A DNA stretch of 55,854 bases from positions 1 to 55,854 of the IMG/VR virus record IMGVR_UViG_3300049050_000058; one strand, written 5' to 3'. Origin of the DNA: a virus. Lineage: Duplodnaviria > Caudoviricetes. A program made the translations under genes and the position numbers. A model generated the notes under the pieces. That model saw nothing but the letters and a program-made list of their open reading frames with translations, ran no database searches and was not told the origin of the DNA. This document shows, piece after piece, positions 1 through 7,834 of this stretch. The number at the start of each line of letters is the position of its first letter. Positions within the stretch are counted from its first letter, which is position 1.

Positions 1-195
1 ATGTTTGAGCCTGGTGATTATTTGAGTTATGATTTTCACGGAGTTTCACAACCTCTTTCCAAACTGAGCCGAGAAGAGCTAGAATATCGTCTAGCTGAGG
101 CCATGAATCTTATTGAAGATTTGACTACAAATATTAATAATATGAAATATTTTGTTAAAGAGTGGCAAGATAATAAATACCAATACGAGGAATAA
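1..195 (+). CDS. hypothetical protein
   Basis: ORF in tightly packed + strand run. Confidence 0.6.
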   Translation: MFEPGDYLSYDFHGVSQPLSKLSREELEYRLAEAMNLIEDLTTNINNMKYFVKEWQDNKYQYEE

Positions 196-197
196 TC

Positions 198-467
198 ATG
201 TGGAACTGGCCTAAGAATTCAGAACATTTCAAGAAAGAATTGCTTTCTATTCTCGAAGAAATGAAAGAACAAGAAAATGATATTGACGCCATCGAGGATT
301 TGCAGTATGCTATTTCCCTAAGTGTTATTGCTGTTGAGCAACATTGTCAAAATTGGGTTGAATCTGTAGTAGTCTTGGTTGAAGATTCCAGTTATCAATC
401 TACAACTGAAGTTTTTGTAAAGAAAGTGAATCAAATTCTTTCAGAAGAACGATGGAGTTTTGAATAA
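198..467 (+). CDS. hypothetical protein
   Basis: GAGG SD upstream; abuts neighbours. Confidence 0.7.
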   Translation: MWNWPKNSEHFKKELLSILEEMKEQENDIDAIEDLQYAISLSVIAVEQHCQNWVESVVVLVEDSSYQSTTEVFVKKVNQILSEERWSFE

Positions 468-700
468 TGATTATTAGCTTTTTACTTACATTTTTTGTAA
501 TTTTTGCTGTAATTTTATTTGCCATGACTTCAGCTGTTTTTTCATCCTTTATTCTAGATGCAAATATTAATGATATTGTAAAAATTATTCTTTTAATTTT
601 GTGGCTCTCTTTTAGTATTTCTGCTAATACTGTTTTCGTTATGAAGACATTTGATTATGTGTTTAAATCGGAAAAACAGCTTGACAACAAAGAAAAATAG
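467..700 (+). CDS. small two-TM membrane protein
   Basis: TAATG overlap; two hydrophobic stretches. Confidence 0.7.
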   Translation: MIISFLLTFFVIFAVILFAMTSAVFSSFILDANINDIVKIILLILWLSFSISANTVFVMKTFDYVFKSEKQLDNKEK

Positions 701-708
701 TGTAAAAT
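681..708 (+). promoter_or_regulatory. sigma70-type promoter for tRNA pair
   Basis: TTGACA-16 nt-TAAAAT. Confidence 0.65.
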
Positions 709-726
709 AGGTGGTATAAAGAATTT

Positions 727-814
727 TGCCTGTGTCCCCCTAGAGGTCTTCTAAGCCTTTGACGTTAAATAAGGGGTTGGTAGTCAAGGAGTTCAAATCT
801 TCCACAGGCAACCA
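727..814 (+). tRNA. non-canonical tRNA-Arg(TCT)-like RNA lacking a normal D-arm
   Basis: Acceptor TGCCTGT/ACAGGCA + A + CCA; anticodon arm AGGT-CTTCTAA-GCCT; T-loop TTCAAAT; CCCC before the anticodon arm can pair with GGGG in a long variable region. Confidence 0.6.
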
Positions 815-819
815 AATTA

Positions 820-894
820 GGGCCTATAGCTTAAAGTAAAGCAGCCTGGCTCATAACCGGGATGATTTAGGAGCGTTACCTATTGGGCCCACCA
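820..894 (+). tRNA. tRNA-Met/Ile2 (CAT)
   Basis: Acceptor GGGCCTA/TGGGCCC, anticodon arm CCTGG-CTCATAA-CCGGG, encoded CCA; atypical T-loop AGCGTTA. Confidence 0.85.
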
Positions 895-914
895 AATCAA
901 AATAGGAGAATAAA

Positions 915-1142
915 ATGAAAATTAAATTTGAAAATTCCAGCTTTAAACCTATCACTATTACCATTGAAACACAAAAAGAACTTGACCAGCTTGTTGCCAT
1001 GTGCAACCATTGTAATTTCGCTGATGAATATGAGAATGACGTTTCAGCCGATATTTTCAACGAACTAGAAGGTTTTGTAAAAACTAAATATCATGCTGAT
1101 AATGGTATTGCTCTTTATGAGGTAACTGAAGATGAAAATTGA
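915..1142 (+). CDS. hypothetical protein (paralog family with 1132 and 51744 ORFs)
   Basis: AGGAG SD; motif FxPxTITxETQxExD. Confidence 0.8.
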   Translation: MKIKFENSSFKPITITIETQKELDQLVAMCNHCNFADEYENDVSADIFNELEGFVKTKYHADNGIALYEVTEDEN

Positions 1143-1359
1143 ACAAAAAGAAGAGGTGTTTAGTCCTGTCACTATCACTCTTGAAACTCAAGAGGAAGTG
1201 GATCAAATGTATTCAATCATGTATTGGACTTGCATTGTAACTGACGATGACAATTCAATTGATATCGAAATTGAACAATATCTGTTTGATAAAATTTCAA
1301 AAGATTCTCCGGCTTATAATCCAGAGAACCGCAAAGGAAATTTTCTTAATAAGGATTAA
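1132..1359 (+). CDS. hypothetical protein (paralog of 915 ORF)
   Basis: GAGG SD; shared N-terminal motif. Confidence 0.8.
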   Translation: MKIEQKEEVFSPVTITLETQEEVDQMYSIMYWTCIVTDDDNSIDIEIEQYLFDKISKDSPAYNPENRKGNFLNKD

Positions 1360-1363
1360 TTAA

Positions 1364-1609
1364 GTGTCTTATATCAATATTGTAATGGATCAAGAAGAAT
1401 TTCTTAATTCTGTTGATTTTAGTACTCTGACGCACGATCAGAGTTATCAGATTATCAAGTCAATTGATGAAACTATGGAAGAATATGAGTTTACGGAGAA
1501 TCTTGCAAAATATGCTTTAGAAATTTGCATTAAATGTGTGAAATATGAAAAAGAAGATTTCGAGCTTCTTAAAAATGAAATCATGAGTCTTTTCGAGAAA
1601 GAATTTTAA
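1364..1609 (+). CDS. hypothetical protein
   Basis: AAGGA SD, GTG start. Confidence 0.7.
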   Translation: MSYINIVMDQEEFLNSVDFSTLTHDQSYQIIKSIDETMEEYEFTENLAKYALEICIKCVKYEKEDFELLKNEIMSLFEKEF

Positions 1610-1617
1610 AAATAAGC

Positions 1618-1673
1618 TTGACAATCAAATACCGCTTATGTACTCTTTGTATGTAGGCGGTATTTTTTTTTTT
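1618..1673 (+). terminator. intrinsic terminator overlapping a sigma70-like promoter
   Basis: AATACCGC...GCGGTATT stem then T run; TTGACA(1618)-17-TACTCT. Confidence 0.65.
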
Positions 1674-1688
1674 AAGTGGAGAAAATAA

Positions 1689-1970
1689 ATGAAACCAACT
1701 AAGCTTTACCATTGCACAACACCAAAGAAAGCAAAGCTTTACTCAGGAACTGGGCATATTTGTCTTCCTGTCAGGGGATTTGAAACATTTGAAGGGGCGC
1801 TAGCTTGGTGCGTCAAAACAGGAAGGACAGTGGTTTTAGAGATTAGTGGATGGGAGCAGGAAGACATTCACAAATTGCCAGACCATCATAACAAATTTTC
1901 CAATGCTTTTTGGGTTGACAGGAACGTAAACACATGGCACTGTGTGTTCAGTGCAGATAAAGACGCTTAA
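1689..1970 (+). CDS. hypothetical protein with N-terminal LYHCT motif
   Basis: GGAG SD; 93 aa. Confidence 0.75.
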   Translation: MKPTKLYHCTTPKKAKLYSGTGHICLPVRGFETFEGALAWCVKTGRTVVLEISGWEQEDIHKLPDHHNKFSNAFWVDRNVNTWHCVFSADKDA

Positions 1971-1985
1971 CCCTGAAGGTGATTT

Positions 1986-2573
1986 ATGTCTGGTTCAATT
2001 GGTCGTTCGTATCTTATTCAAAGCTGGAGTGATGCTAGTTCCTATTCTGGTGAAATGATCGGCAACAGGCTAAGTAAATCCAACGAGCTTTTTCTCCCGA
2101 GTGGGAAAGCAAATCTTGCTTTGTTTGATGAAGCTCCGAAAAAGAAACCTAAAGCTAAAAAACGTTCTATTGGGGATAGAATCGACTTGGCTAATGCTCA
2201 CTATGAGCGTATGGAAGCAATGAGCAATGAGCTAGACAATGCTTATTTTGCTGGTGAAATGGATAATGAGCGTTATGCATTGCTTCGTATCAAAATGAAT
2301 GAAAGGCTCCATAAGGCCTGGAAACGTCTTTCCAAGGAAAATGGGTGGGAAGAAAAACAATCCATTAATTCTATTGAAAATAAAAAACAAATAGAAAATA
2401 ACAATGAAAATAAATCCTTGACAAGCATTCTAGTGCAAGCTATTCTGTTCGTAACAAAACAGCTAATTAATAGGGTTACAGTAGACAAAAACGGGTTTAT
2501 TCTCTCAACCATAGCTACCCTACGTCCTGACAACAGCGTGCGTAAAATGTGTGAGAAACTACAGTTAATTTAG
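1986..2573 (+). CDS. hypothetical protein
   Basis: AAGGTG SD; 195 aa; internal TTGACA near 2418. Confidence 0.65.
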   Translation: MSGSIGRSYLIQSWSDASSYSGEMIGNRLSKSNELFLPSGKANLALFDEAPKKKPKAKKRSIGDRIDLANAHYERMEAMSNELDNAYFAGEMDNERYALLRIKMNERLHKAWKRLSKENGWEEKQSINSIENKKQIENNNENKSLTSILVQAILFVTKQLINRVTVDKNGFILSTIATLRPDNSVRKMCEKLQLI

Positions 2574-2583
2574 GAGATTTAAA

Positions 2584-2802
2584 ATGAAAAACTACTTCCC
2601 TATGATATTCGGCATGTCGCTTGGAGGATTTATATTCTCTATTTTAAATATTTTTGCGACACTTGAGCAGCCGAAAAAAGAACAAGTAGGATATGCATAT
2701 TCAGAGCTACAAGAAATGAAAAGAAAATGTGAGGAAGACTTGCCAAGAAAACAACAATGCACTATCCTTGTTCAATATCTGCCTCAACAGGAAGGAAAAT
2801 AA
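2584..2802 (+). CDS. membrane-anchored hypothetical protein
   Basis: AGGAG SD; N-terminal TM; two Cys. Confidence 0.75.
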   Translation: MKNYFPMIFGMSLGGFIFSILNIFATLEQPKKEQVGYAYSELQEMKRKCEEDLPRKQQCTILVQYLPQQEGK

Positions 2803-2804
2803 AG

Positions 2805-2933
2805 ATGAAAAAGCAATCTCAAAAAGAATCTAATTCTTGGATGTTTGAAGAAGAAAAGAAAATCTCTAAAAAACGGCATAAAGCTTTTCGTGATAATCGC
2901 AAAGCAAAACGTAATGTGTGGGAGAGTAATTAA
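2805..2933 (+). CDS. small basic protein (42 aa, not in ORF track)
   Basis: AAGGA SD; MKKQSQKESNSW... Confidence 0.55.
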   Translation: MKKQSQKESNSWMFEEEKKISKKRHKAFRDNRKAKRNVWESN

Positions 2934-3089
2934 ATGGGGATTATTAATTTTCTTGCATGTGTTTTCATGTGGTATACATTGTCTCCTATTTGGAAACACA
3001 TTCGAAAGAAAGAAAAAGCAGTAATTGCAGTAATTTTCCTTGTCAATGCCGGATATGTAGTGTATGATCTTTTCAAATTCCTAAGCTGA
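2934..3089 (+). CDS. small membrane protein (51 aa, not in ORF track)
   Basis: GGAG SD; MGIINFLACVFMWY... Confidence 0.55.
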   Translation: MGIINFLACVFMWYTLSPIWKHIRKKEKAVIAVIFLVNAGYVVYDLFKFLS

Positions 3090-3100
3090 AGGTGAATAAA

Positions 3101-3226
3101 ATGCGTTCTCTTGAACAATTTTACATTGGCAAAGCAATGGAATGCAAAGACAATAACGATATGTTTGGATATGCATATTGGATGCAATGTGCTTTTGATG
3201 TTTCTTCTATTGGAGAGGATATGTAA
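3101..3226 (+). CDS. small hypothetical protein (41 aa, not in ORF track)
   Basis: AAGGTG SD; fills gap exactly. Confidence 0.5.
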   Translation: MRSLEQFYIGKAMECKDNNDMFGYAYWMQCAFDVSSIGEDM

Positions 3227-3433
3227 ATGAACAATGAAATGTATGTTGTGATTGGTGAAGACAAAGAAACCAAAGTAACTTGGGTTTGTTCTAGAGAATC
3301 TTTTGATGACGCAGAGAATCAAATTACCCAAATCTTGAATAAAGAACAAGCAGAAAAACTTCTAAAAGAATTCAAAAACTCTTGGGGAAAGACTTGTTGT
3401 TATCGCATTGCAAAGCTTTCTTGGCTTGATTAA
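3227..3433 (+). CDS. hypothetical protein
   Basis: GAGG SD. Confidence 0.7.
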   Translation: MNNEMYVVIGEDKETKVTWVCSRESFDDAENQITQILNKEQAEKLLKEFKNSWGKTCCYRIAKLSWLD

Positions 3434-3455
3434 CAATTAACAGGAGAAAATTAAA

Positions 3456-3848
3456 ATGAATGCTGATGACGTTAAATACAAAATTGAAGTGATGCAAGCT
3501 TATGCTGAAGGGAAAGAGATTCAGTGGATTTGTAAACTTACTGACGAAGAGTGGGAGGACTGCCCGAATCCTGGGTTTAATTGGGCGAGGAACGACTATC
3601 GTGTTAAACCTGCTGAAAAGCCAAGTATTAATTGGGATCATGTTTCAGATAGATTTAATTATTTGACTCTAGATAACAAGGGTGAAATTGAATCAGCATG
3701 GCTTTATGCAAAAAAGCCTTTTTGGGATTATGGGTGGAATAGTGGAGAATCCGGAGATACTGTAGCTTCAGCTACCTTTTTTAAATCCCTCAATCCTGGC
3801 AATTGTGAACCAGAGGAAAGCCTTATCTGTCGTCCTGGGTTTGAATAG
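3456..3848 (+). CDS. phage hypothetical protein (IEVMQAYAEGKEIQ...FNW..YRVKP type)
   Basis: AGGAG SD; common phage early-protein motif. Confidence 0.8.
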   Translation: MNADDVKYKIEVMQAYAEGKEIQWICKLTDEEWEDCPNPGFNWARNDYRVKPAEKPSINWDHVSDRFNYLTLDNKGEIESAWLYAKKPFWDYGWNSGESGDTVASATFFKSLNPGNCEPEESLICRPGFE

Positions 3849-3898
3849 AAATCCTATGGATTTTCTCTGTTCAATTAAAACAATCAATGAATAATTTT

Positions 3899-3939
3899 TA
3901 GCCTCCTTGCTTGACAGCTTGGGGGCTTTTTGTTTTAAT
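3899..3939 (+). terminator. terminator hairpin with promoter -35 in its loop
   Basis: AGCCTCC...GGGGGCT + T run; TTGACA(3911)-17-TTTAAT. Confidence 0.55.
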
Positions 3940-3978
3940 TACTTCAACAACAAACGAAACCCCCTGGAGGGTAAGACA

Positions 3979-4260
3979 ATGAGTAGTTATTCTTTTTTCG
4001 TGGTAAGTGTCCGCAATCCTAGTATCCGTCCTGGAAGAATGACCCGCATAACGCAAGAAGAACGCGACAAGCTGAAACACGACCAACTTTTGTTTGCAAA
4101 TGCCGCAAACTGCCTCAAAGACAAGGCGCTATATTTCCATTTTCGTGATGGAGACGATAAAGGGAAAGCCTCCGCTAAGAAACAAGCGGAGGCAGCGGCT
4201 ACTAAATTTTCTAAACAGCTTTCCATCGAGTTGCAAGTCTGCGAGGGTTTCTTTCTGTAA
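3979..4260 (+). CDS. hypothetical protein
   Basis: GGAGG SD places start at 3979. Confidence 0.75.
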   Translation: MSSYSFFVVSVRNPSIRPGRMTRITQEERDKLKHDQLLFANAANCLKDKALYFHFRDGDDKGKASAKKQAEAAATKFSKQLSIELQVCEGFFL

Positions 4261-4284
4261 TCGCAGAAAATTCTACAAAAACGC

Positions 4285-4313
4285 TTGACACGTTCCACAA
4301 CAAACACTAATAT
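4285..4313 (+). promoter_or_regulatory. early sigma70 promoter
   Basis: TTGACA-17-TAATAT, A-rich upstream. Confidence 0.7.
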
Positions 4314-4353
4314 GAAGCTGTAAACAAAACACACGTCCTAGGAGGACAACAAA

Positions 4354-4491
4354 ATGACTATCGGAACTGGAATCGCTGTTGCAGGTGTATGGGTGATGGT
4401 TGGAATGGCTTTTATCAGCAAATCTACAACTAGTGCAGGTCTCTATCTTGCACTCGCAGTCGCAGCTATCGTAACCTCTGTAATTGTGTAA
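4354..4491 (+). CDS. small two-TM membrane peptide (45 aa, not in ORF track)
   Basis: AGGAGG SD; MTIGTGIAVAGVWVMVG...LYLALAVAAIVTSVIV. Confidence 0.7.
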   Translation: MTIGTGIAVAGVWVMVGMAFISKSTTSAGLYLALAVAAIVTSVIV

Positions 4492-4506
4492 AGAAGGAAA
4501 ATATAG

Positions 4507-4878
4507 ATGAACGCTAACGTAATTGCTCTGATTGCTTCTTTCGCTAAAACCAACAAAATCGGTAAGGCTAAAGTGGAGGTATTCGTCTCTGAGTTGGTGG
4601 AGATGCTTCCCCAAGCTTGGGGAAGCAAAGTGGGTCGTAAAGCTTCGCCTGAAACTGTAGAGCTTCGTAATAGTGTGATGGTGGCTCTTGATGAAATCAA
4701 AGACAAAACCTTCACTGTCAAGGAGGTGGCTGAAAAGCTGAAAGCTGAGCCTATCCATGTCCACAATGCTTTGAAATTCTTGAAAGAAAATAACAAAATT
4801 TCTCTTGACGTTGTAGGGAAAGCTCAGGTAGAATCTGGAAAACGTGGTAAGAAACCTGTTCTGTACAAAATAGCCTAA
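4507..4878 (+). CDS. winged-helix DNA-binding protein
   Basis: FTVKEVAEKL..HVHNALKFLKENNKI..GKRGKKPVLYKI pattern. Confidence 0.65.
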   Translation: MNANVIALIASFAKTNKIGKAKVEVFVSELVEMLPQAWGSKVGRKASPETVELRNSVMVALDEIKDKTFTVKEVAEKLKAEPIHVHNALKFLKENNKISLDVVGKAQVESGKRGKKPVLYKIA

Positions 4879-4916
4879 CCAACGGTTAGGCTTCATGAAC
4901 AAAGGAGTTTTGAAGA

Positions 4917-5126
4917 ATGCAACCCATGTACATTCTCCGTAATAGCTATTCAAACGAAGTCGAATATCTGAAAAGCGTTAAGATGAAAGAAACAAAATTT
5001 ACGGAAAAAGCAATTGAAGCTATGCATTTTTGCGATGAATCTTCGGCCCGTGAATTTGCAGAAGACTTGGCATCTGTAGGAATTTATTGCAGAGTTATTC
5101 TTGCTGGTCGGGATTGGGTGGTGTGA
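4917..5126 (+). CDS. hypothetical protein
   Basis: AAGGAG SD. Confidence 0.7.
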   Translation: MQPMYILRNSYSNEVEYLKSVKMKETKFTEKAIEAMHFCDESSAREFAEDLASVGIYCRVILAGRDWVV

Positions 5127-5127
5127 T

Positions 5128-5313
5128 ATGAAATATCAATTGGAAATTATCCCGCTGAGTGGCTTTCAGGATGAACATTTGGAAGTTTTCCGTAGTGAGT
5201 TGGAATTGAAAAACTGGCTCATTGACAACGATTTCAAATCTCACGTAAAATTCACTGACTACCAAGGGTTTATTTCACCTGCTGGTGATATCGCAATCTG
5301 GAGAACTCAGTAA
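5128..5313 (+). CDS. hypothetical protein
   Basis: ATG just after previous stop. Confidence 0.65.
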   Translation: MKYQLEIIPLSGFQDEHLEVFRSELELKNWLIDNDFKSHVKFTDYQGFISPAGDIAIWRTQ

Positions 5314-5456
5314 TGAATATTCACTTGCAAGCCATGATTGAGCGTGCTAGCATCTCTGAAATTGAAAAGGCAATGAAAGTAGCTTTTCTGTTTTCCCCTA
5401 GCTTCTACAAGGCGCTTGAGAAAGAAAAACAAAAGAAAATGCAAAATAATGGTTGA
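5313..5456 (+). CDS. small hypothetical protein (47 aa, not in ORF track)
   Basis: TAATG overlap, GGAG SD. Confidence 0.55.
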   Translation: MNIHLQAMIERASISEIEKAMKVAFLFSPSFYKALEKEKQKKMQNNG

Positions 5457-5481
5457 CAGGCTGTAAACTCCATGTGATGAT
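5453..5481 (+). promoter_or_regulatory. early sigma70 promoter
   Basis: TTGACA-17-GATGAT. Confidence 0.55.
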
Positions 5482-5530
5482 ACACACATCAAAGACAGGT
5501 AGTAGCTAGAAGCTACAGAGGAAAGAGAAA

Positions 5531-5788
5531 ATGAATATTCATGGCGTTATGGAATATGGCTATATTGTTGCTTCCCATGAGGACCTCGACATTTTGATTA
5601 CTGTCAATGGTGCATATTATAATATTTGGTGTGGTGACTTTAACGGTAACTACAGCAACACGGATTGCCGTGCAACAGGATTCGATAATGGCTTGTATGG
5701 CCAGGATATAGTTAAAGTGACAGAAAAGGCTGAAACAATCCTTGAAGAAATCATCAACGGGATTGATGAAGAACAGGAAGACGAGTAA
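5531..5788 (+). CDS. acidic hypothetical protein
   Basis: GAGG SD. Confidence 0.75.
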   Translation: MNIHGVMEYGYIVASHEDLDILITVNGAYYNIWCGDFNGNYSNTDCRATGFDNGLYGQDIVKVTEKAETILEEIINGIDEEQEDE

Positions 5789-5847
5789 GTGGTGATGAAA
5801 AGGGGCTTTTTAATGTCTAAAATTTATAAAAATTCTTCAAAAATAGC

Positions 5848-5876
5848 TTGCATCACTCCCAAAGCTTCGCTAGAAT
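5848..5876 (+). promoter_or_regulatory. early sigma70 promoter
   Basis: TTGCAT-17-TAGAAT, UP-like AT tract. Confidence 0.7.
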
Positions 5877-5929
5877 GAGCACAACAAAGCAAGAAAGTTT
5901 CTCCAAACAATCAGCATAGGATACCAATC

Positions 5930-6166
5930 ATGAAAGCTTCCAAAGGTTATAACGGATTCAAAAATTACAACCAATGGAATATCTCGCTTTGGATCAACAA
6001 TGATGAGGTTTTGTATCGGATGGCTAAGGAATACATAGGCACCTACAAGCGTAATGAAGCAGCACAAGCAATGCTTGATGATCTGCGGGAGTATGGTATC
6101 ACTCACACACAAGATGGTGTAAAGTGGTCTAAAGCTGGCATCCTGGCTGCAATGGTAGGAATGTAA
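5930..6166 (+). CDS. phage early protein (YNGFKNYNQWNISLWINNDE motif)
   Basis: widespread phage motif; AGGA SD. Confidence 0.8.
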   Translation: MKASKGYNGFKNYNQWNISLWINNDEVLYRMAKEYIGTYKRNEAAQAMLDDLREYGITHTQDGVKWSKAGILAAMVGM

Positions 6167-6173
6167 AATATAC

Positions 6174-6270
6174 GAGGTTGTAGCTTAATTTAAAAGCAGC
6201 GGGGAACACAGAGGCTTCACGAAAGCTAATGCATCCGTCAATGTGGGTGAAACCCCCACCAACCTCACCT
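6174..6270 (+). ncRNA. tRNA-like RNA with expanded, branched anticodon arm
   Basis: Acceptor GAGGTTG/CAACCTC; D-arm GCT..AGC; T-arm GTGGG-TGAAACC-CCCAC; ~30-nt insert replaces the 7-nt anticodon loop; ends ACCT. Confidence 0.7.
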
Positions 6271-6277
6271 TATTCCT

Positions 6278-6305
6278 AAGCCCTCTCCACCGAGGGCTTT
6301 CTTAT
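6278..6305 (+). terminator. intrinsic terminator
   Basis: AAGCCCTC-loop-GAGGGCTT + T-rich tail. Confidence 0.8.
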
Positions 6306-6339
6306 ATCTAAATTCTTTTAAATTTTCTACAGAAAAGGC

Positions 6340-6367
6340 TTGCATCTGATTCCTCAAGCTGTATAAT
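6340..6367 (+). promoter_or_regulatory. early sigma70 promoter
   Basis: TTGCAT-16-TATAAT with TG; leader GAACCCATAGAAAGCAAACAA. Confidence 0.75.
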
Positions 6368-6410
6368 GAACCCATAGAAAGCAAACAACCCCGACACAAG
6401 GAATACTGAA

Positions 6411-6590
6411 ATGACCACCTACTTGAACCTCAAAACCTCCCAAGGTCGTGAAACTGTAGACCAGATCGACAAGCAAGAGGGACAATCTAACAAGGAACAT
6501 CGTGCGTATGTTCGTGATATGGTGAAAGAATATCACTTGGCTGGAATGAATGTTTACACTAGCTCCCGCTGCTGCTCCAACTGGAAATAA
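6411..6590 (+). CDS. hypothetical protein (59 aa, not in ORF track)
   Basis: AAGGA SD; MTTYLNLKTSQGRETVD...SSRCCSNWK. Confidence 0.75.
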   Translation: MTTYLNLKTSQGRETVDQIDKQEGQSNKEHRAYVRDMVKEYHLAGMNVYTSSRCCSNWK

Positions 6591-6606
6591 ATAGAGGATT
6601 GATAAA

Positions 6607-6864
6607 ATGACCATTAAAATCAATATCTCCAAAGCTTCTGTCATGGTGTGGGAACGTGAACGTAACACCGCTTCCGGCAATCCTGTATACAGCTTCCGTA
6701 TCGAAGACGAAAACGGTAAAGCTTATGAAGGGAAAACCCGCCCTAATGCTGGTTTTGTCTATGGGCTGGCTTCTGTCAAGGAAACTCTGAGCAATGTAGT
6801 GATTGCCATCACTCCGAGCGGTCGTGTGTACATGGATGATGCTGAGCAGGAATATCAAAAATAA
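6607..6864 (+). CDS. hypothetical protein
   Basis: GAGG SD. Confidence 0.8.
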   Translation: MTIKINISKASVMVWERERNTASGNPVYSFRIEDENGKAYEGKTRPNAGFVYGLASVKETLSNVVIAITPSGRVYMDDAEQEYQK

Positions 6865-6877
6865 TTTAAAGAAAAGC

Positions 6878-6906
6878 TTGACAGCTAACGACCAAGCCAT
6901 CATACT
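6878..6906 (+). promoter_or_regulatory. early sigma70 promoter
   Basis: TTGACA-17-CATACT; leader CATAGAAAGCAAACAA. Confidence 0.7.
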
Positions 6907-6940
6907 ACGCACATAGAAAGCAAACAAAGAGGCTTTAAAG

Positions 6941-7147
6941 ATGAAAAAATTATTTGTTAGCATAGTTGGGTCGAAAGATTGGCAGTGCAAACACTTGATT
7001 TTTGATAATATCTTTGATTTCGAAGAATATTGCAAACTCTATAACCCTAGCAAAAGCGAGCAAATAGACGATTATATAAACCTTAAAGACCTTTGCAATA
7101 TTATGTCCGACTGTTTTGTCACTTTTCACTATGAATGGCAAAAATAA
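6941..7147 (+). CDS. hypothetical protein
   Basis: GAGG SD. Confidence 0.7.
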   Translation: MKKLFVSIVGSKDWQCKHLIFDNIFDFEEYCKLYNPSKSEQIDDYINLKDLCNIMSDCFVTFHYEWQK

Positions 7148-7150
7148 AGC

Positions 7151-7179
7151 TAGACACACTAGGGTCTAGTCTGTAAGAT
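7151..7179 (+). promoter_or_regulatory. early sigma70 promoter
   Basis: TAGACA-17-TAAGAT with TG. Confidence 0.6.
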
Positions 7180-7219
7180 AGACCCATCTTAAACAGAAAG
7201 CCTTACAAGGAAACACAAA

Positions 7220-7390
7220 ATGCGTACAGAATGGCAAGCTGCAATCTCTCTCATCAAAGATGCTATGACTTCTTCTCGTTCTGTAAGCCAGCACGTTGTA
7301 AAAACTTCTTTGCAAGACAAAGCTTCGATGGTAGAATACGCTAAAGCTCAAGGGAGCTACGGCAAAAAAGCAATGTTCACTATTCAATGA
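7220..7390 (+). CDS. hypothetical protein (56 aa, not in ORF track)
   Basis: AAGGA SD; MRTEWQAAISLIKDAM... Confidence 0.7.
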   Translation: MRTEWQAAISLIKDAMTSSRSVSQHVVKTSLQDKASMVEYAKAQGSYGKKAMFTIQ

Positions 7391-7404
7391 CAGGGTGAAA
7401 TTTA

Positions 7405-7611
7405 ATGTTCAAGCAAACTTTCAAGATTAGCTTTATGGGTGTAACTGGTAATATCAATTACATTGAACTCAACGATTCTGACGAGGCTTTCAGAACCTTT
7501 GATGATATGATTAAATGTGGTTTACAAGATGTAAGAATGTTTCAAACCTGCTACACTGAAACAGACATCACTCAATTGGCAATGTTCCCTCATACAGAGA
7601 AGAATGTGTAA
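7405..7611 (+). CDS. hypothetical protein
   Basis: GGGTG SD. Confidence 0.65.
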   Translation: MFKQTFKISFMGVTGNINYIELNDSDEAFRTFDDMIKCGLQDVRMFQTCYTETDITQLAMFPHTEKNV

Positions 7612-7629
7612 GCGGAGGAGTAGTATATC

Positions 7630-7815
7630 ATGCTAGCTTGGGCTTTGGTAATTGGATTGAACATTAATGGGGATGTTTACGAATCTATCCCCTACAGCTT
7701 CACCACTGAACAAGAATGCTGGAAAGCAGCAGAGAAATACACTGCGATGATGGATGAACAAGGAGACTTTGCCATCTGCTCCCACATGTATCTGAGAGAA
7801 AATATAGGTGAATAA
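7630..7815 (+). CDS. hypothetical protein (FxTxQxC..A motif, also in 16273 ORF)
   Basis: GGAGG SD. Confidence 0.7.
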   Translation: MLAWALVIGLNINGDVYESIPYSFTTEQECWKAAEKYTAMMDEQGDFAICSHMYLRENIGE

Positions 7816-7834
7816 TAAATTTTCAGGTGCTAGC

